NCBI GenBank assembly: GCA_002409625.1
Contig: DHNY01000009.1
Span: forward strand, 38,320 to 102,319
Length of the DNA stretch: 64,000 bases
Direction: 5' to 3'
DNA from: Anaerolineaceae bacterium UBA5404
GTDB lineage: Bacteria; Chloroflexota; Anaerolineae; Anaerolineales; Anaerolineaceae
Translations under genes and position numbers: made by a program
In this document: piece by piece, positions 1 through 10,060 of the stretch
Numbering within the stretch: position 1 is the first letter of the stretch
How the letters are laid out: every line of letters begins with the position of its first letter
The notes under the pieces: model-generated
Told to the model about the DNA's origin: nothing
The model's database searches: none
The model's input: the letters and a program-made list of their open reading frames with translations, nothing else

Positions 1-137
1 TACCGAGTGTCCCTCTCTTATGTAGCCATGCTTAAAGAAAATGCTGTTTTTTAGCATCTTCTCGAATAAACAAGGGGCTATTTTATCAAAAAGTGTGGAA
101 ATGGCACTAATTCCCTTTACAACATTTTCACAAACTG

Positions 138-166
138 TTGACTTTTGCTTAATAAATCGCTATACT
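138..166 (+). promoter_or_regulatory. putative sigma-70-type promoter for the LacI-family regulator gene
   Basis: TTGACT at 138-143, 17-nt spacer, TATACT at 161-166, about 60 nt upstream of the GTG start at 226. Confidence 0.4.
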
Positions 167-225
167 CTAATCATAAGTACTAACACGCGTTAACAATTCA
201 ACTAATTCTAGTATCGGGGACCAAT

Positions 226-1263
226 GTGAGCAAGAGAGTTACAAGTCAAGATGTTGCCAATTTGGCAGGAGTCTCAAGAACGACTGTCTCATTTGTCTTG
301 AATGATGTCAAACGCTTTTCCATTCGCCCAGAAACAGCCGCAAAAGTTCGCCAGGCAGCCCAGCAACTCGGTTATGTTCCCAACGCCTCTGCCCGCGCAC
401 TGGCTTCCAACAGCGCGATGGCAATCGGGCTTATTATGACCCGCAACCCACAGTACATCGCTTCAGACAGCTTTCTGCCCTTGATTATGGGCGGTATGAT
501 GGACGTTGTAAAGCAAAATCAACTCGGGCTGCTTGTGGAATGGGTTGAACCAGGGCAACAATTGCGCGCCTACATGGCATTAACCCGCGCCAGGCATATC
601 GACGGCATGATCCTCATGACCCCTCGCTCAGATGATACCGGTCTCAAAGCTTTGGAAGATTCAGATATCCCCGCCGTCTTGATGGGCTATATTCCCGGGC
701 TTAAACTTCATTCCGTAGATGTTGATAACATCCAAGCCGCTAAGGTTGCCGTAGATCATCTCATTGAACTTGGTCACCAAAAAATTGCCTGCATCACCAA
801 CGCTGCCACACCTTACAGCTCCTCCAGCCAGCGTTTTGACGGCTATAAACAAGCTTTAGCCGGCGCAGGGCTAGTTTTCGACCCTAATCTGGTTCGCCAA
901 GCCGACTTTGACAGCCATTCCGGCTATAAACAAATGCAGTCGCTCCTGGAAACAAACCCAGACTTTACCGCCGTCTTCGTTGCCAGCGATGCCGTAGCCA
1001 TCGGTGCGATGTTAGCTATTCGCGAAGCTGGTTTAAGAATTCCTGAAGATATTTCTATTGTAGGCTTTGACGATATTCCAGCTGCATCCTACGTTACCCC
1101 TAAACTAAGCACAGTGCACATGCCGGCTAAAGAAATTGCCCAGCATTCCTGTGAATTACTCCTGCAATTGATGAGAGGCGAAAAACCTGAGACCAAAGAC
1201 ATCAGTCTGCCAACACACCTTAAGATCCGTCAATCAACGGCTTACCTTGAAAGGAGGCCATAA
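226..1263 (+). CDS. LacI family transcriptional regulator
   Basis: N-terminal HTH 'VTSQDVANLAGVSRTTVSFVLND' typical of LacI/GalR, followed by a periplasmic-binding-like sugar sensor domain ('IVGFDDIP'); 345 aa; GTG start. Confidence 0.9.
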   Translation: MSKRVTSQDVANLAGVSRTTVSFVLNDVKRFSIRPETAAKVRQAAQQLGYVPNASARALASNSAMAIGLIMTRNPQYIASDSFLPLIMGGMMDVVKQNQLGLLVEWVEPGQQLRAYMALTRARHIDGMILMTPRSDDTGLKALEDSDIPAVLMGYIPGLKLHSVDVDNIQAAKVAVDHLIELGHQKIACITNAATPYSSSSQRFDGYKQALAGAGLVFDPNLVRQADFDSHSGYKQMQSLLETNPDFTAVFVASDAVAIGAMLAIREAGLRIPEDISIVGFDDIPAASYVTPKLSTVHMPAKEIAQHSCELLLQLMRGEKPETKDISLPTHLKIRQSTAYLERRP

Positions 1264-1327
1264 ATAGATTTGAAAAACGCCATACCACTTTCAATTTACA
1301 AACCACAAACAAAACAAAGGAGTAGAA

Positions 1328-2677
1328 ATGAAACATTTCCGTAAATCATATATCATCACAGCCGTTCTCCTGGTTCTCGCCCTGGTTCTTGGGGCTTGTA
1401 CCAAACCGGCACCCACCAAACCTGTTGAACCACTCGCTACTGAAGAACCTAAAGTTCAAGAACCCGTCAAAGAAGACCCCGTTGTGGGCGACATTGACTG
1501 CACCGGCGTTAAAGAAGGTGACGCGGTTTCAATGCTTTACCAGTGGTCTGGCGAAGAAGAAGCCAAACTCACTGCCATCCTTACACCTTGGATGGAAGCC
1601 TGTAAAACAACCGTAAACCCCGAAAGCTCACGCGACCAAGCCCTGCTTGATACCCGTGTGCAAGCTGGCACCCCACCAGATATCGCTTTCTGGAACGTGC
1701 CCCAACTCACCCAGTACAAAGACAAACTCGTCCCCATGGACACCCTCGGCGCTAACAAAGCCAACTACGCTGGCTACTGGGGCGACATCGGCACCATCGA
1801 CGGCAAATGGCTTGGCTTACCCGTCAAAGCTGATCCCAAAACCTTGGTTTGGTACAGCCCCGCAGCCTTCACAGCCGCTGGCTACACCGTTCCCACAACC
1901 TGGGCAGAACTGGATGCACTCGTTGAGAAAATGGCTGCTGATGGCAATGTTGCCTGGTCATTAGGCATGGAATCCGGCGATGCAACCGGCTGGACCGGCA
2001 CCGACTTCATCCAGGACATCCTGCTCGTCACCAAAGGACCTGATTTTGTAAGCAGCATCATTGCCGGCGATATCCCCTACAATGACCCCGCAGTCAAAGA
2101 AGCTTATGAAATCTATGGCAAATGGGCTATGGATGCAAAATACACCGTTGCTGGCGCAGAAGGTACGCTTTCAACTGGCTTCAACGATGCCATTTTGAAG
2201 GTCTTCTCAGATACACCTGAGGCTTTCATGGTCAAGCAATCCGGTTTTGCCAGTGGCACCCTCTTGGGCACCTATCCCGACAAAGTCTACGGCAAAGATT
2301 ATGATTTCTTTGGCGTTCCTGGCGCTCAAGGACTGCAAGGCGGCTCTGACTGGCTGATGGTCTTCAACGACACCCCAGCAGTGCGCTCTTTGGTGAAGTA
2401 CCTCTCCTCAAACAAGGGTGGCGAAACCTGGGCAACCATCGGTTTTGACCTTACCCCTAACGCGGCTGGCAACGCTTTTTATGCCACCGAAGAAATGATG
2501 AAGAAAGCTGAACTGCTTTCCTCCGCTACCGGTTTTACCCCCGACATTGGCGACTCTATCCCTGGCGGTTTCGGCAGTGCTGAATTCAAGGGCATTACCG
2601 ATTACGTCAATGGTGGTGACCTGGACGCCATCCTGGACAGCATCGCAGCTGCTCAGGCTGACGCCATGAACCAATAG
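1328..2677 (+). CDS. carbohydrate ABC transporter substrate-binding lipoprotein (solute-binding family 1)
   Basis: Signal peptide with lipobox 'LVLGAC', 449 aa, sits directly upstream of two MalF/MalG-type permease genes; GGAG RBS before the ATG. Confidence 0.85.
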   Translation: MKHFRKSYIITAVLLVLALVLGACTKPAPTKPVEPLATEEPKVQEPVKEDPVVGDIDCTGVKEGDAVSMLYQWSGEEEAKLTAILTPWMEACKTTVNPESSRDQALLDTRVQAGTPPDIAFWNVPQLTQYKDKLVPMDTLGANKANYAGYWGDIGTIDGKWLGLPVKADPKTLVWYSPAAFTAAGYTVPTTWAELDALVEKMAADGNVAWSLGMESGDATGWTGTDFIQDILLVTKGPDFVSSIIAGDIPYNDPAVKEAYEIYGKWAMDAKYTVAGAEGTLSTGFNDAILKVFSDTPEAFMVKQSGFASGTLLGTYPDKVYGKDYDFFGVPGAQGLQGGSDWLMVFNDTPAVRSLVKYLSSNKGGETWATIGFDLTPNAAGNAFYATEEMMKKAELLSSATGFTPDIGDSIPGGFGSAEFKGITDYVNGGDLDAILDSIAAAQADAMNQ

Positions 2678-2689
2678 TTTCTGTAAACT

Positions 2690-2718
2690 GGAGGCGCTAA
2701 ATCTAGCGCCTCCATTCT
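2690..2718 (+). terminator. intra-operon hairpin / partial terminator after the binding-protein gene
   Basis: Perfect stem GGAGGCGCT...AGCGCCTCC (2690-2712) followed by ATTCTTTT; lies between the SBP and permease genes. Confidence 0.5.
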
Positions 2719-2749
2719 TTTATCAAAGCCTTATTGATTGGGAGGCAAC

Positions 2750-3712
2750 ATGGCAAAACCAACAGTAGCACCCGTTATGCGGCAAGGTAAATTTGTCCCT
2801 TGGCTTTACTTATTGCCGGCAATTATTGTAATGTCCATTTTTATCCTCTACCCAATGATTAACACCGTTAACTTAAGTTTTCAAAACGCGAGCGGCACCG
2901 CCTCAGCAGAAACCACATGTAGAGAGGGACAAGCCTGTTGGGGTGCGTTTGAGAACTACCGTTACGCGCTTACCAATGAGCTTAATACCAGCTCTGTCAA
3001 AGCCTTTTGGGATAGCTTTTGGGTCTCATCCTATGGCAACATGGTCAAATGGTTGGTGGGCATGGTATCTGGCACCGTGATCATTGGCTTGTTATTTGCC
3101 GTCTGGGTGGATGGGATCAAGAGCGAAGCTTTAGCTAAATCCATCATTTTTATGCCTATGGCTATTTCTTTCGTTGGAGCGGGCGTTATCTGGAAGTTCG
3201 TTTACAACTATGGCACCTCACAAGTGCAAACCGGCATCCTCAATGCGATCATCTCGGCGTTTGGAGGTGACCCGGTTGCCTTTCTTTCCAAAGTACCGCT
3301 TAACACTTTCATGCTCATCATTGTGGGCACCTGGATGTGGACCGGTTTTTGTATGACCTTGCTTTCAGCGGCAATCAAATCCATACCGGAAGAAATCATC
3401 GAAGCCTCACGCATTGATGGGGCAACAGATTACAAAATTTTCACCAAAATTCAAGTGCCTATCATCATGCCCACTATCATTGTGGTCATCACCACGATGG
3501 TCATCAATGTGCTCAAACTTTTTGACATCGTCTATGTGATGACCGGTGGCAATTATGGCACCAACGTACTTGCAACCCGCATGTACACCGAAATGTACGC
3601 TAACTCGCAATACGGTCGTGGCACTGCCATTGCCGTTATCCTTATTCTGTTCATCGTGCCTTTCATCATTATGAACATCAGGCGCTTTATCAAAGAGGAG
3701 GCAATGAGATGA
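2750..3712 (+). CDS. carbohydrate ABC transporter permease (MalF-like)
   Basis: Multi-TM protein with EAA loop 'EASRIDGATDYKIFTKIQVPIIMP'; ATG at 2750 preceded by GGGAGG, preferred over the track start at 2738. Confidence 0.88.
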   Translation: MAKPTVAPVMRQGKFVPWLYLLPAIIVMSIFILYPMINTVNLSFQNASGTASAETTCREGQACWGAFENYRYALTNELNTSSVKAFWDSFWVSSYGNMVKWLVGMVSGTVIIGLLFAVWVDGIKSEALAKSIIFMPMAISFVGAGVIWKFVYNYGTSQVQTGILNAIISAFGGDPVAFLSKVPLNTFMLIIVGTWMWTGFCMTLLSAAIKSIPEEIIEASRIDGATDYKIFTKIQVPIIMPTIIVVITTMVINVLKLFDIVYVMTGGNYGTNVLATRMYTEMYANSQYGRGTAIAVILILFIVPFIIMNIRRFIKEEAMR

Positions 3713-4722
3713 TTTCCTTAACACGTGGCAAAACCAACAAAAATTTTGACCTCACCAGACTCCTCACCACCATTGGGATTATCATCATCCTGGTTTTGTG
3801 GCTCATCCCCACGATTGGGCTCCTGGTTACCTCATTCAGGCCGCTGCCGCTTATCAACACCACCGGTTGGTGGACGGCGCTGAATGTTAATAACGGACCA
3901 GCTGCCGCTCAGCACCCAGACCCCAATGCCAGCTATGTTGAAAAACTGGGCACCCGCTTTACCATTGACAACTATGTGGATGCCCTCACCGGTTATCGGG
4001 GCACCAAAAGTTACCTTACAGACTGCCGGAGTGGCACAAAACCGCTCGGTATGAACTGTAATCTCTCCGACCTGCTCAATCCACGTGGTATGGGACGCGC
4101 TTTCTTAAACAGTATCGCGGTCACCCTGCCATCCACCATCCTGCCCATTGCGATTGCCCTTTTTGCCGCCTATGCCTTTTCTTGGATGAACTTCAAAGGG
4201 CGATATGCCGTTTTTGCGATTTTGGTTGGCTTGCAGGTTGTGCCCATTCAAATGACGCTCGTGCCAGTTTTGCGCATGTTTGCGGGCATGGGTTTAAACG
4301 GCACTTTTCCGGCCGTATGGCTCTTCCATACTGGTTTTGGGCTGCCTTATGCCATCTACTTGTTGCGTAACACAATGAGCTCCCTGCCAAAAGACTTGTT
4401 CGAATCGGCTTATCTGGATGGCGCAAACCACTGGAAAGTTTTTACCACTATCATTTTGCCACTCACCACACCCGCCATTGCCTCACTGGCTATTTATCAA
4501 TTTTTGTGGGTCTGGAACGACCTGCTCGTTTCACTGGTCTTCCTGGGTGGCAGCAAACCGGTGATGACCTATCAAATCAGTAACATGGTCACATCCCTGG
4601 GCGCAGGTTGGCACTTGCTTACCGCTGCCGCCTTTTTATCCATGCTTCTGCCAATGATTGTGTTCTTTGCCTTGCAACGCTACTTTGTGCGCGGCATGAT
4701 GGCAGGCGCCGTCAAAGGTTAA
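3709..4722 (+). CDS. carbohydrate ABC transporter permease (MalG-like)
   Basis: EAA loop 'ESAYLDGANHWKVFTTIILPLTTP'; ATGA overlap with the upstream permease gene. Confidence 0.88.
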   Translation: MISLTRGKTNKNFDLTRLLTTIGIIIILVLWLIPTIGLLVTSFRPLPLINTTGWWTALNVNNGPAAAQHPDPNASYVEKLGTRFTIDNYVDALTGYRGTKSYLTDCRSGTKPLGMNCNLSDLLNPRGMGRAFLNSIAVTLPSTILPIAIALFAAYAFSWMNFKGRYAVFAILVGLQVVPIQMTLVPVLRMFAGMGLNGTFPAVWLFHTGFGLPYAIYLLRNTMSSLPKDLFESAYLDGANHWKVFTTIILPLTTPAIASLAIYQFLWVWNDLLVSLVFLGGSKPVMTYQISNMVTSLGAGWHLLTAAAFLSMLLPMIVFFALQRYFVRGMMAGAVKG

Positions 4723-4841
4723 AAACGGCTCACACCGGCATAGCATGCTGTGCCGGTGAAACAAATCAGGGGCTACAAACTAATCGGTTTTATAAAAATA
4801 CGACCTGTTGTTTTACACGTCGATAACTTGAAAGGTAACAC

Positions 4842-6467
4842 ATGAACAAAACTGATCAATACTGGTACAAGTCTGCAATCTTTATGGAACTCAACGTGCG
4901 AGCTTATCGCGATTCCAATGGTGATGGCTGGGGCGATTTGCCCGGCCTAACCAGTAAACTCGACTACATCCAAAGCCTGGGTGTTGATGCTGTGTGGCTC
5001 TTGCCAATTATGCCATCACCTCTGCGGGATGACGGTTATGATGTTTCTGATTTCCAAAGCATTTTTCCTGCCTATGGAACAATAGAAGACTTCAACACCC
5101 TCATCCGTGAAGCTCACGCGCGGGGCATTCGCATCATCGTTGAAATCATCCCCAACCACAGTTCAGATTTACACCCCTGGTTTATCGCGTCGCGAGACCC
5201 CAATCACCCAGAACATGAAAAGTACAAGGACTGGTATGTCTGGTCTGATACTGATCAAAAATACAAAGACGCGCGCATCATCTTTACCGACACCGAAACC
5301 TCAAACTGGGCGTTCGATGAATTGCGCGGGCAATACTTTTGGCATCGTTTTTACAGCACACAACCCGACCTCAATTACGATAATGAAGAAGTACAACAAG
5401 CCATGCTGGACATTGTCAAATTCTGGATTGACCGTGGTGCGGATGGCTTACGCATTGATGCCCCGCCATACCTCTTTGAACGCGAAGGCACCAACTGCGA
5501 AAATCTGCCCGAAACCCACGCCTTTTTGAAACGCATGCGTGCTTTTGTGGACGAATACGCGCCAGAAACCTTACTCCTTTCCGAAGCCAACATGTGGCCA
5601 GAGGAAGTCATTGAATACTTTGGCAATGGCGATGAAATGCACATGAACTTCCATTTCCCGCTCATGCCACGCCTCTTTATGGCACTTGCCAAAGGCGACC
5701 GCAAGCCAATTGAAGACATTCTGGCACGCACGCCAAAGCTCCCTGAGTTTTGCCAATGGGGCACCTTTTTGCGTTGCCATGACGAGCTAACCCTCGAGAT
5801 GGTCACCCTGGAAGAGCGCCACTGGATGTGGGAAACCTACTCACCAGACCCGAAGCAACGCATTAATCTGGGCATCCGTCGGCGTTTGGCGCCATTGTTG
5901 GATAATGACCTGCAAAAGAACCTGCTGATGAATTCCATGTTGCTCACCATGATCGGTTCACCATTCCTGTATTATGGTGATGAAATTGGCATGGGTGATG
6001 ACATCAGCTTGTTTGACCGCAACGGTCTGCGCACGCCTATGCAATGGGATAGCACCCCGAGCGCGGGTTTTTCGGAAGCGCCAAAAGAAGAGTGGTATGC
6101 GCCGGTGATTTCGGATGAGGTGTATGGCTATCAGCAAGTTAACGTAAAAGCGCAAGAAGCCGAGCCTGGGTCCTTGCTCAACCAGTTGCGCCACATGATA
6201 GCCGTGCGCAAACAATACCCGCTGTTTGGCTGGGCAGATTTTGAGTGGCTCAGCTTTACGAAGGGCAAACAAAGCGTGGTGGCATACCGGCGTGAATGGC
6301 AAGGCGAAACGATGTTGATTTACAACAATTTGCTGGCTGAGCCAGTAAAAGGCACCATACCCATAGACGCACCATCTTACCTCAACGTCCTTACTGGGGA
6401 TACTATCCCTGCCGGCGAATTCACCTTGCCTGCTTATGGTTTTGTGTGGTTGAAACCGCTTCAATAA
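4842..6467 (+). CDS. treS: trehalose synthase (maltose alpha-D-glucosyltransferase), GH13
   Basis: N-terminus 'YWYKSAIFMELNVRAYRDSNGDGWGDLPGL...LGVDAVWLLPIMPSPLRDDGYDVSDF' and 'IIPNHSSDLHPWF' match the TreS signature; 541 aa. Confidence 0.85.
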   Translation: MNKTDQYWYKSAIFMELNVRAYRDSNGDGWGDLPGLTSKLDYIQSLGVDAVWLLPIMPSPLRDDGYDVSDFQSIFPAYGTIEDFNTLIREAHARGIRIIVEIIPNHSSDLHPWFIASRDPNHPEHEKYKDWYVWSDTDQKYKDARIIFTDTETSNWAFDELRGQYFWHRFYSTQPDLNYDNEEVQQAMLDIVKFWIDRGADGLRIDAPPYLFEREGTNCENLPETHAFLKRMRAFVDEYAPETLLLSEANMWPEEVIEYFGNGDEMHMNFHFPLMPRLFMALAKGDRKPIEDILARTPKLPEFCQWGTFLRCHDELTLEMVTLEERHWMWETYSPDPKQRINLGIRRRLAPLLDNDLQKNLLMNSMLLTMIGSPFLYYGDEIGMGDDISLFDRNGLRTPMQWDSTPSAGFSEAPKEEWYAPVISDEVYGYQQVNVKAQEAEPGSLLNQLRHMIAVRKQYPLFGWADFEWLSFTKGKQSVVAYRREWQGETMLIYNNLLAEPVKGTIPIDAPSYLNVLTGDTIPAGEFTLPAYGFVWLKPLQ

Positions 6468-6502
6468 GGCTGAGCCAAGCTAATAAATCATACTGGCTTT
6501 AG

Positions 6503-6536
6503 AACCCGCTGTTTTTTGAAAACAGCGGGTTTTTCT
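6503..6536 (+). terminator. rho-independent terminator after treS
   Basis: AACCCGCTGTTTT-TTG-AAAACAGCGGGTT stem-loop followed by a T run. Confidence 0.8.
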
Positions 6537-6658
6537 TACTTAGCAGTAAACCATTTTGAGCGTCAGACAAAAATTGGCACTTATTGTATAATAAGCACAC
6601 GTTTAAGTAATGAAGACCTCACAAAAGACCTAAAACTGGCAAAAATGGCATGCTTTTC

Positions 6659-6689
6659 TTGACATTTTTTTGCTGTTTTGTGATATACT
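6659..6689 (+). promoter_or_regulatory. putative promoter for rplS
   Basis: TTGACA at 6659-6664 and TG-extended TATACT at 6684-6689; the 19-nt spacer is longer than optimal. Confidence 0.35.
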
Positions 6690-6747
6690 ACTTTTTCGTG
6701 CCTGGCATAGGCATTTTTAATTATGTAAGTTAGTAAAGGGAAGTACG

Positions 6748-7098
6748 ATGAACCATTCAGAATTATTAAAGTCTGTCGAAGCCGAAAAGAACCCGAACAT
6801 TCCAGATCTTTTCCCCGGCGATAATGTGAGTGTTCACATGAAAATTAAAGAAGGCGATCGCGAGCGCATTCAGGAATTCAAGGGCGTAGTGCTGTATAAA
6901 CGCGGACGCGGAAACGATGCATCCTTCACTGTGCGCCGTATTGCCAGCAATGGTATTGGCGTTGAACGCACCTTTTTGCTGCACTCTCCACGCATCGCCA
7001 AAGTTGTAGTGGAACGCCACAACAAAGTCCGCCGCGCGCGCCTCTACTTCTTGCGCCAACGCACCGGCAAGAGCGCCAGACTAAAGCAACGCTTCTAA
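6748..7098 (+). CDS. rplS: 50S ribosomal protein L19
   Basis: 116 aa; 'PDLFPGDNVSVHMKIKEGDRERIQEFKGVVL...FTVRRIASNGIGVERTFLLHSPRI' is the canonical L19 sequence. Confidence 0.95.
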   Translation: MNHSELLKSVEAEKNPNIPDLFPGDNVSVHMKIKEGDRERIQEFKGVVLYKRGRGNDASFTVRRIASNGIGVERTFLLHSPRIAKVVVERHNKVRRARLYFLRQRTGKSARLKQRF

Positions 7099-7120
7099 TT
7101 TTTAAGCTAACACAAGCAAA

Positions 7121-7160
7121 AGCCTGTCTGGTATTTCCTTTTCCCCAGACCAGGCTTTTT
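7121..7160 (+). terminator. rho-independent terminator after rplS
   Basis: AGCCTGTCTGG...CCAGACCAGGCT stem followed by TTTTT. Confidence 0.65.
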
Positions 7161-7339
7161 GCTTCAAGTTGGGGCTTGTTTCGTGAAAATCGAAACCAAA
7201 CTAAGCTACAAAGAATTTGAACAAGAGTACAAATAATATTTATAGTATAATAACTCACCGGCGTTTCGAGGTTAACTTTCCTCAAAGCGCGTTTTATGTT
7301 AATACGGGCTATTAAGCCATTAAATACAAGGATCTAGCA

Positions 7340-7807
7340 ATGCCAAGTTCATACTTAACCCGAGAGGGATATCAAAAATCTGAACAAGAACTCGAGTTTT
7401 TGCGCACTGAAAAAAGACGCCAGGTCGCATCCCGCCTTCAAGAAGCCATGGAAGATGGCGAACTGATCGAAAACGCAGAATACGAGGACGCTAAAAATGA
7501 ACAAGCTTTTGTGGAAGGTCGCATTAAAGAGCTTGAATTGTTGCTTGCAAATGCCTTCATCATCGATGATGAACAAAGCCTTGAAGGTGTGGTGTCTGTT
7601 GGTTCAACCGTCACCCTTCAATTTGAAAATGAAGACGAGCATGAAACGTATATGATTGTTGGTGCTGCTGAAGCAAACCCAAACGAAAACCGCATCTCCA
7701 ACGAATCACCCATCGGACATTCACTCATTGGTAAACATGTTGGTGATAAGGTTAAAGTTGAAACTCCCGGTGGGGCGTTTTACGTCGAAATCATTGCAAG
7801 CAAATGA
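7340..7807 (+). CDS. greA: transcription elongation factor GreA
   Basis: 155 aa; N-terminal coiled coil 'LTREGYQKSEQELEFLRTEKRRQVA' and C-terminal FKBP-like domain 'ISNESPIGHSLIGKHVGDKVKVETPGG'. Confidence 0.92.
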   Translation: MPSSYLTREGYQKSEQELEFLRTEKRRQVASRLQEAMEDGELIENAEYEDAKNEQAFVEGRIKELELLLANAFIIDDEQSLEGVVSVGSTVTLQFENEDEHETYMIVGAAEANPNENRISNESPIGHSLIGKHVGDKVKVETPGGAFYVEIIASK

Positions 7808-7822
7808 GACAAAATGACACCA

Positions 7823-7855
7823 AGCCCCACTGAATATCGGTGGGGCTATTTTATT
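7823..7855 (+). terminator. rho-independent terminator after greA
   Basis: AGCCCCAC-loop-GTGGGGCT followed by ATTTTATT. Confidence 0.65.
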
Positions 7856-7889
7856 CTAAAACTATTGGATACTGGAAAGAGGATTAATC

Positions 7890-9413
7890 ATGCTACTTGA
7901 TGACTTTTCTGAACTCGAAAAAACACGCCATGAAAAAATGTTGCGCCTGCGCGCAGAGGGCACAGAACCTTACCCAACCCGCTCATCAAAAAATATGAGC
8001 AATGCCGAGGCGATCAAGGCTTTTGAGGCCGCCGAAGCCAAAGGCGAGAGCGAAGTACCAGACGTTGTTCTGGCTGGACGCATTCGCGCTATCCGCGACA
8101 TGGGCAAGCTCTGCTTCGCCCACATTGAGGACGGCAGTGGCAAAATTCAGCTTTTCTTGCGTGTAAACGAGCTTGGCGAAGAAAAAATGGCTGGTTTTAT
8201 CCGCGATTTTGACATCAGTGACTTCATTGAAGCTTCTGGTTCTCTTACCCGTACCCGCCGGGGTGAAATAACCCTGATGGTGCATGACTTTAGCATGCTG
8301 GCAAAAGCACTTCTGCCCTTGCCCGCCGATAAAGACCAGGTAATCGATGGCGAAACCGTGCGCCACTCCGTGCTCACTGACCCAGAAACCCGCTATCGCC
8401 AGCGCTACGTTGACCTCGCCGTAAACCCAGAAGTGCGTGAAATCTTTAAGGCGCGCGCGAAAGTGGTCAGCACCGTTCGCGAATATCTTGACGAACGCGG
8501 TTACCTCGAGGTTGAAACGCCCATTTTGCAACCCATTTATGGCGGTGCGGCTGCCAAACCTTTTACCACCTACCACAACCAACTTCACCAGGAACTCTTC
8601 CTGCGCATTAGCTTTGAGCTGTACCTCAAACGCCTCATCGTGGGCGGTTTGGATCGCGTTTACGAAATCGGCAGAGACTTCCGCAATGAAGGCGTTTCAT
8701 TCAAACACAACCCCGAGTTCACCCAGCTTGAACTCTACGAGGCTTATACTGATTACCACGGCATGATGCGCATCGCAGAAGAAATGATTTCAAAAGCCGC
8801 TTTTAAGCTCAATGGCCATTACAAGATCCAGTATGATGGACAAGAAATTGACCTTACGCCACCCTGGCCACGCCTGAGCATCCGTCAGGGGCTGATTGAT
8901 TTCGCCGGCATCGACATTATAGACTACCCCACAATTGAATCATTGGAAACTTTGCTAAAAGAGCGCGAAATCCCCTTTAGACCAGGTTCACCCCGCGGCA
9001 AGCTGATTGGCATCCTCATGGAAACTTACATCGAGCCTCGCCTCATCCAACCCACCTTCTTGTGCGATTACCCGCGCGATATTTCACCGCTGGCTAAAAA
9101 TGTGCCCGGCGACCCAAGCACCGTTGAGCGTTTTGAAATCTTCATCGGCGGTGTGGAAATGGGCAATGCCTTTACCGAGCTCAATGACCCCTTAGAGCAA
9201 GAAAAACGCTTTATGGAAATGGCAAAAGCCTACGCTGCCGACGACGAAGAACAACATCCCATGGACCATGATTTTGTGCGCTCCCTGGCTTATGGAATGC
9301 CCCCAACCGGAGGTATGGGCATTGGCATTGACCGCTTGGTGATGATGCTCACTGGCAAAAACACCCTAAGGGAAGTTATTCTCTTCCCGCATTTACGCAA
9401 GATTGAAGACTAG
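7890..9413 (+). CDS. lysS: lysine--tRNA ligase (class II)
   Basis: 507 aa; OB anticodon-binding domain and class II motifs ('ETPILQPIYGGAAAKPF', 'FRNEGVSFKHNPEFTQLELYEAY', 'GMGIGIDRLVMMLTG'). Confidence 0.95.
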   Translation: MLLDDFSELEKTRHEKMLRLRAEGTEPYPTRSSKNMSNAEAIKAFEAAEAKGESEVPDVVLAGRIRAIRDMGKLCFAHIEDGSGKIQLFLRVNELGEEKMAGFIRDFDISDFIEASGSLTRTRRGEITLMVHDFSMLAKALLPLPADKDQVIDGETVRHSVLTDPETRYRQRYVDLAVNPEVREIFKARAKVVSTVREYLDERGYLEVETPILQPIYGGAAAKPFTTYHNQLHQELFLRISFELYLKRLIVGGLDRVYEIGRDFRNEGVSFKHNPEFTQLELYEAYTDYHGMMRIAEEMISKAAFKLNGHYKIQYDGQEIDLTPPWPRLSIRQGLIDFAGIDIIDYPTIESLETLLKEREIPFRPGSPRGKLIGILMETYIEPRLIQPTFLCDYPRDISPLAKNVPGDPSTVERFEIFIGGVEMGNAFTELNDPLEQEKRFMEMAKAYAADDEEQHPMDHDFVRSLAYGMPPTGGMGIGIDRLVMMLTGKNTLREVILFPHLRKIED

Positions 9414-9448
9414 CGAAACGCTGGCTTAAGTCTTGCAACAAATAGGTC

Positions 9449-10060
9449 GTGGACGAAAACTCACTCATTGACCTTGCCCGAAAAGGTGAGCTTGACGCTT
9501 TCAATCAGCTTATCCTGATGTATCAGGATTTGGCATTTAACGTCGCCTATCGCATTATGAATGATGATGAGGCTGCGGCGGATGCCACCCAGGAAGCCGT
9601 CATCTCCATGTACAAACGGATTGACACCTATCGGGGTGGCTCCTTTAAGGCATGGTTTATGCGTATCGTCACCAACGCCTGCTATGATGCTTTGCGCTGG
9701 CAAAAACGACGACCCGCTGTGGCTTTGGAACCCGAAACAGATGATGGCGAACGCAATGAGTCGCCTGCCTGGCTCGAGGATGGCGCCCTCAAACCCGAAG
9801 AAACACTCGAAAAAAGCGAGCTTGAAGCCGCGATACAGCATTGTATTGATGAACTTCCCAAAAACTTCAAAACCGTGTTTTTACTGGTGGATGTTAGCGG
9901 CGAAGATTACGAAAGCGCAGCTGAAAGCATTCAAAGACCGGTGGGCACAGTAAAAAGCCGCCTTTCTCGCGCAAGGCAAAAAATGCAACAATGTTTGCAA
10001 GGTTTTGGGGAACTTTTACCCTCTATATTTCGTCTAAACACCGAGGATGATGATGGATAA
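9449..10060 (+). CDS. ECF-type RNA polymerase sigma factor (sigma-70 family)
   Basis: Region 2 'FKAWFMRIVTNACYDALR' and region 4 HTH 'DYESAAESIQRPVGTVKSRLSRARQKM'; GTG start. Confidence 0.88.
   Translation: MDENSLIDLARKGELDAFNQLILMYQDLAFNVAYRIMNDDEAAADATQEAVISMYKRIDTYRGGSFKAWFMRIVTNACYDALRWQKRRPAVALEPETDDGERNESPAWLEDGALKPEETLEKSELEAAIQHCIDELPKNFKTVFLLVDVSGEDYESAAESIQRPVGTVKSRLSRARQKMQQCLQGFGELLPSIFRLNTEDDDG

Noticed and set aside
181-200. Possible LacI operator at TAACACGCGTTAACA
   Set aside because: Only the 6-bp cores ACGCGT and GTTAAC are self-complementary. There is no 14-18 bp dyad matching LacI/GalR-type half-sites, so no operator is called.
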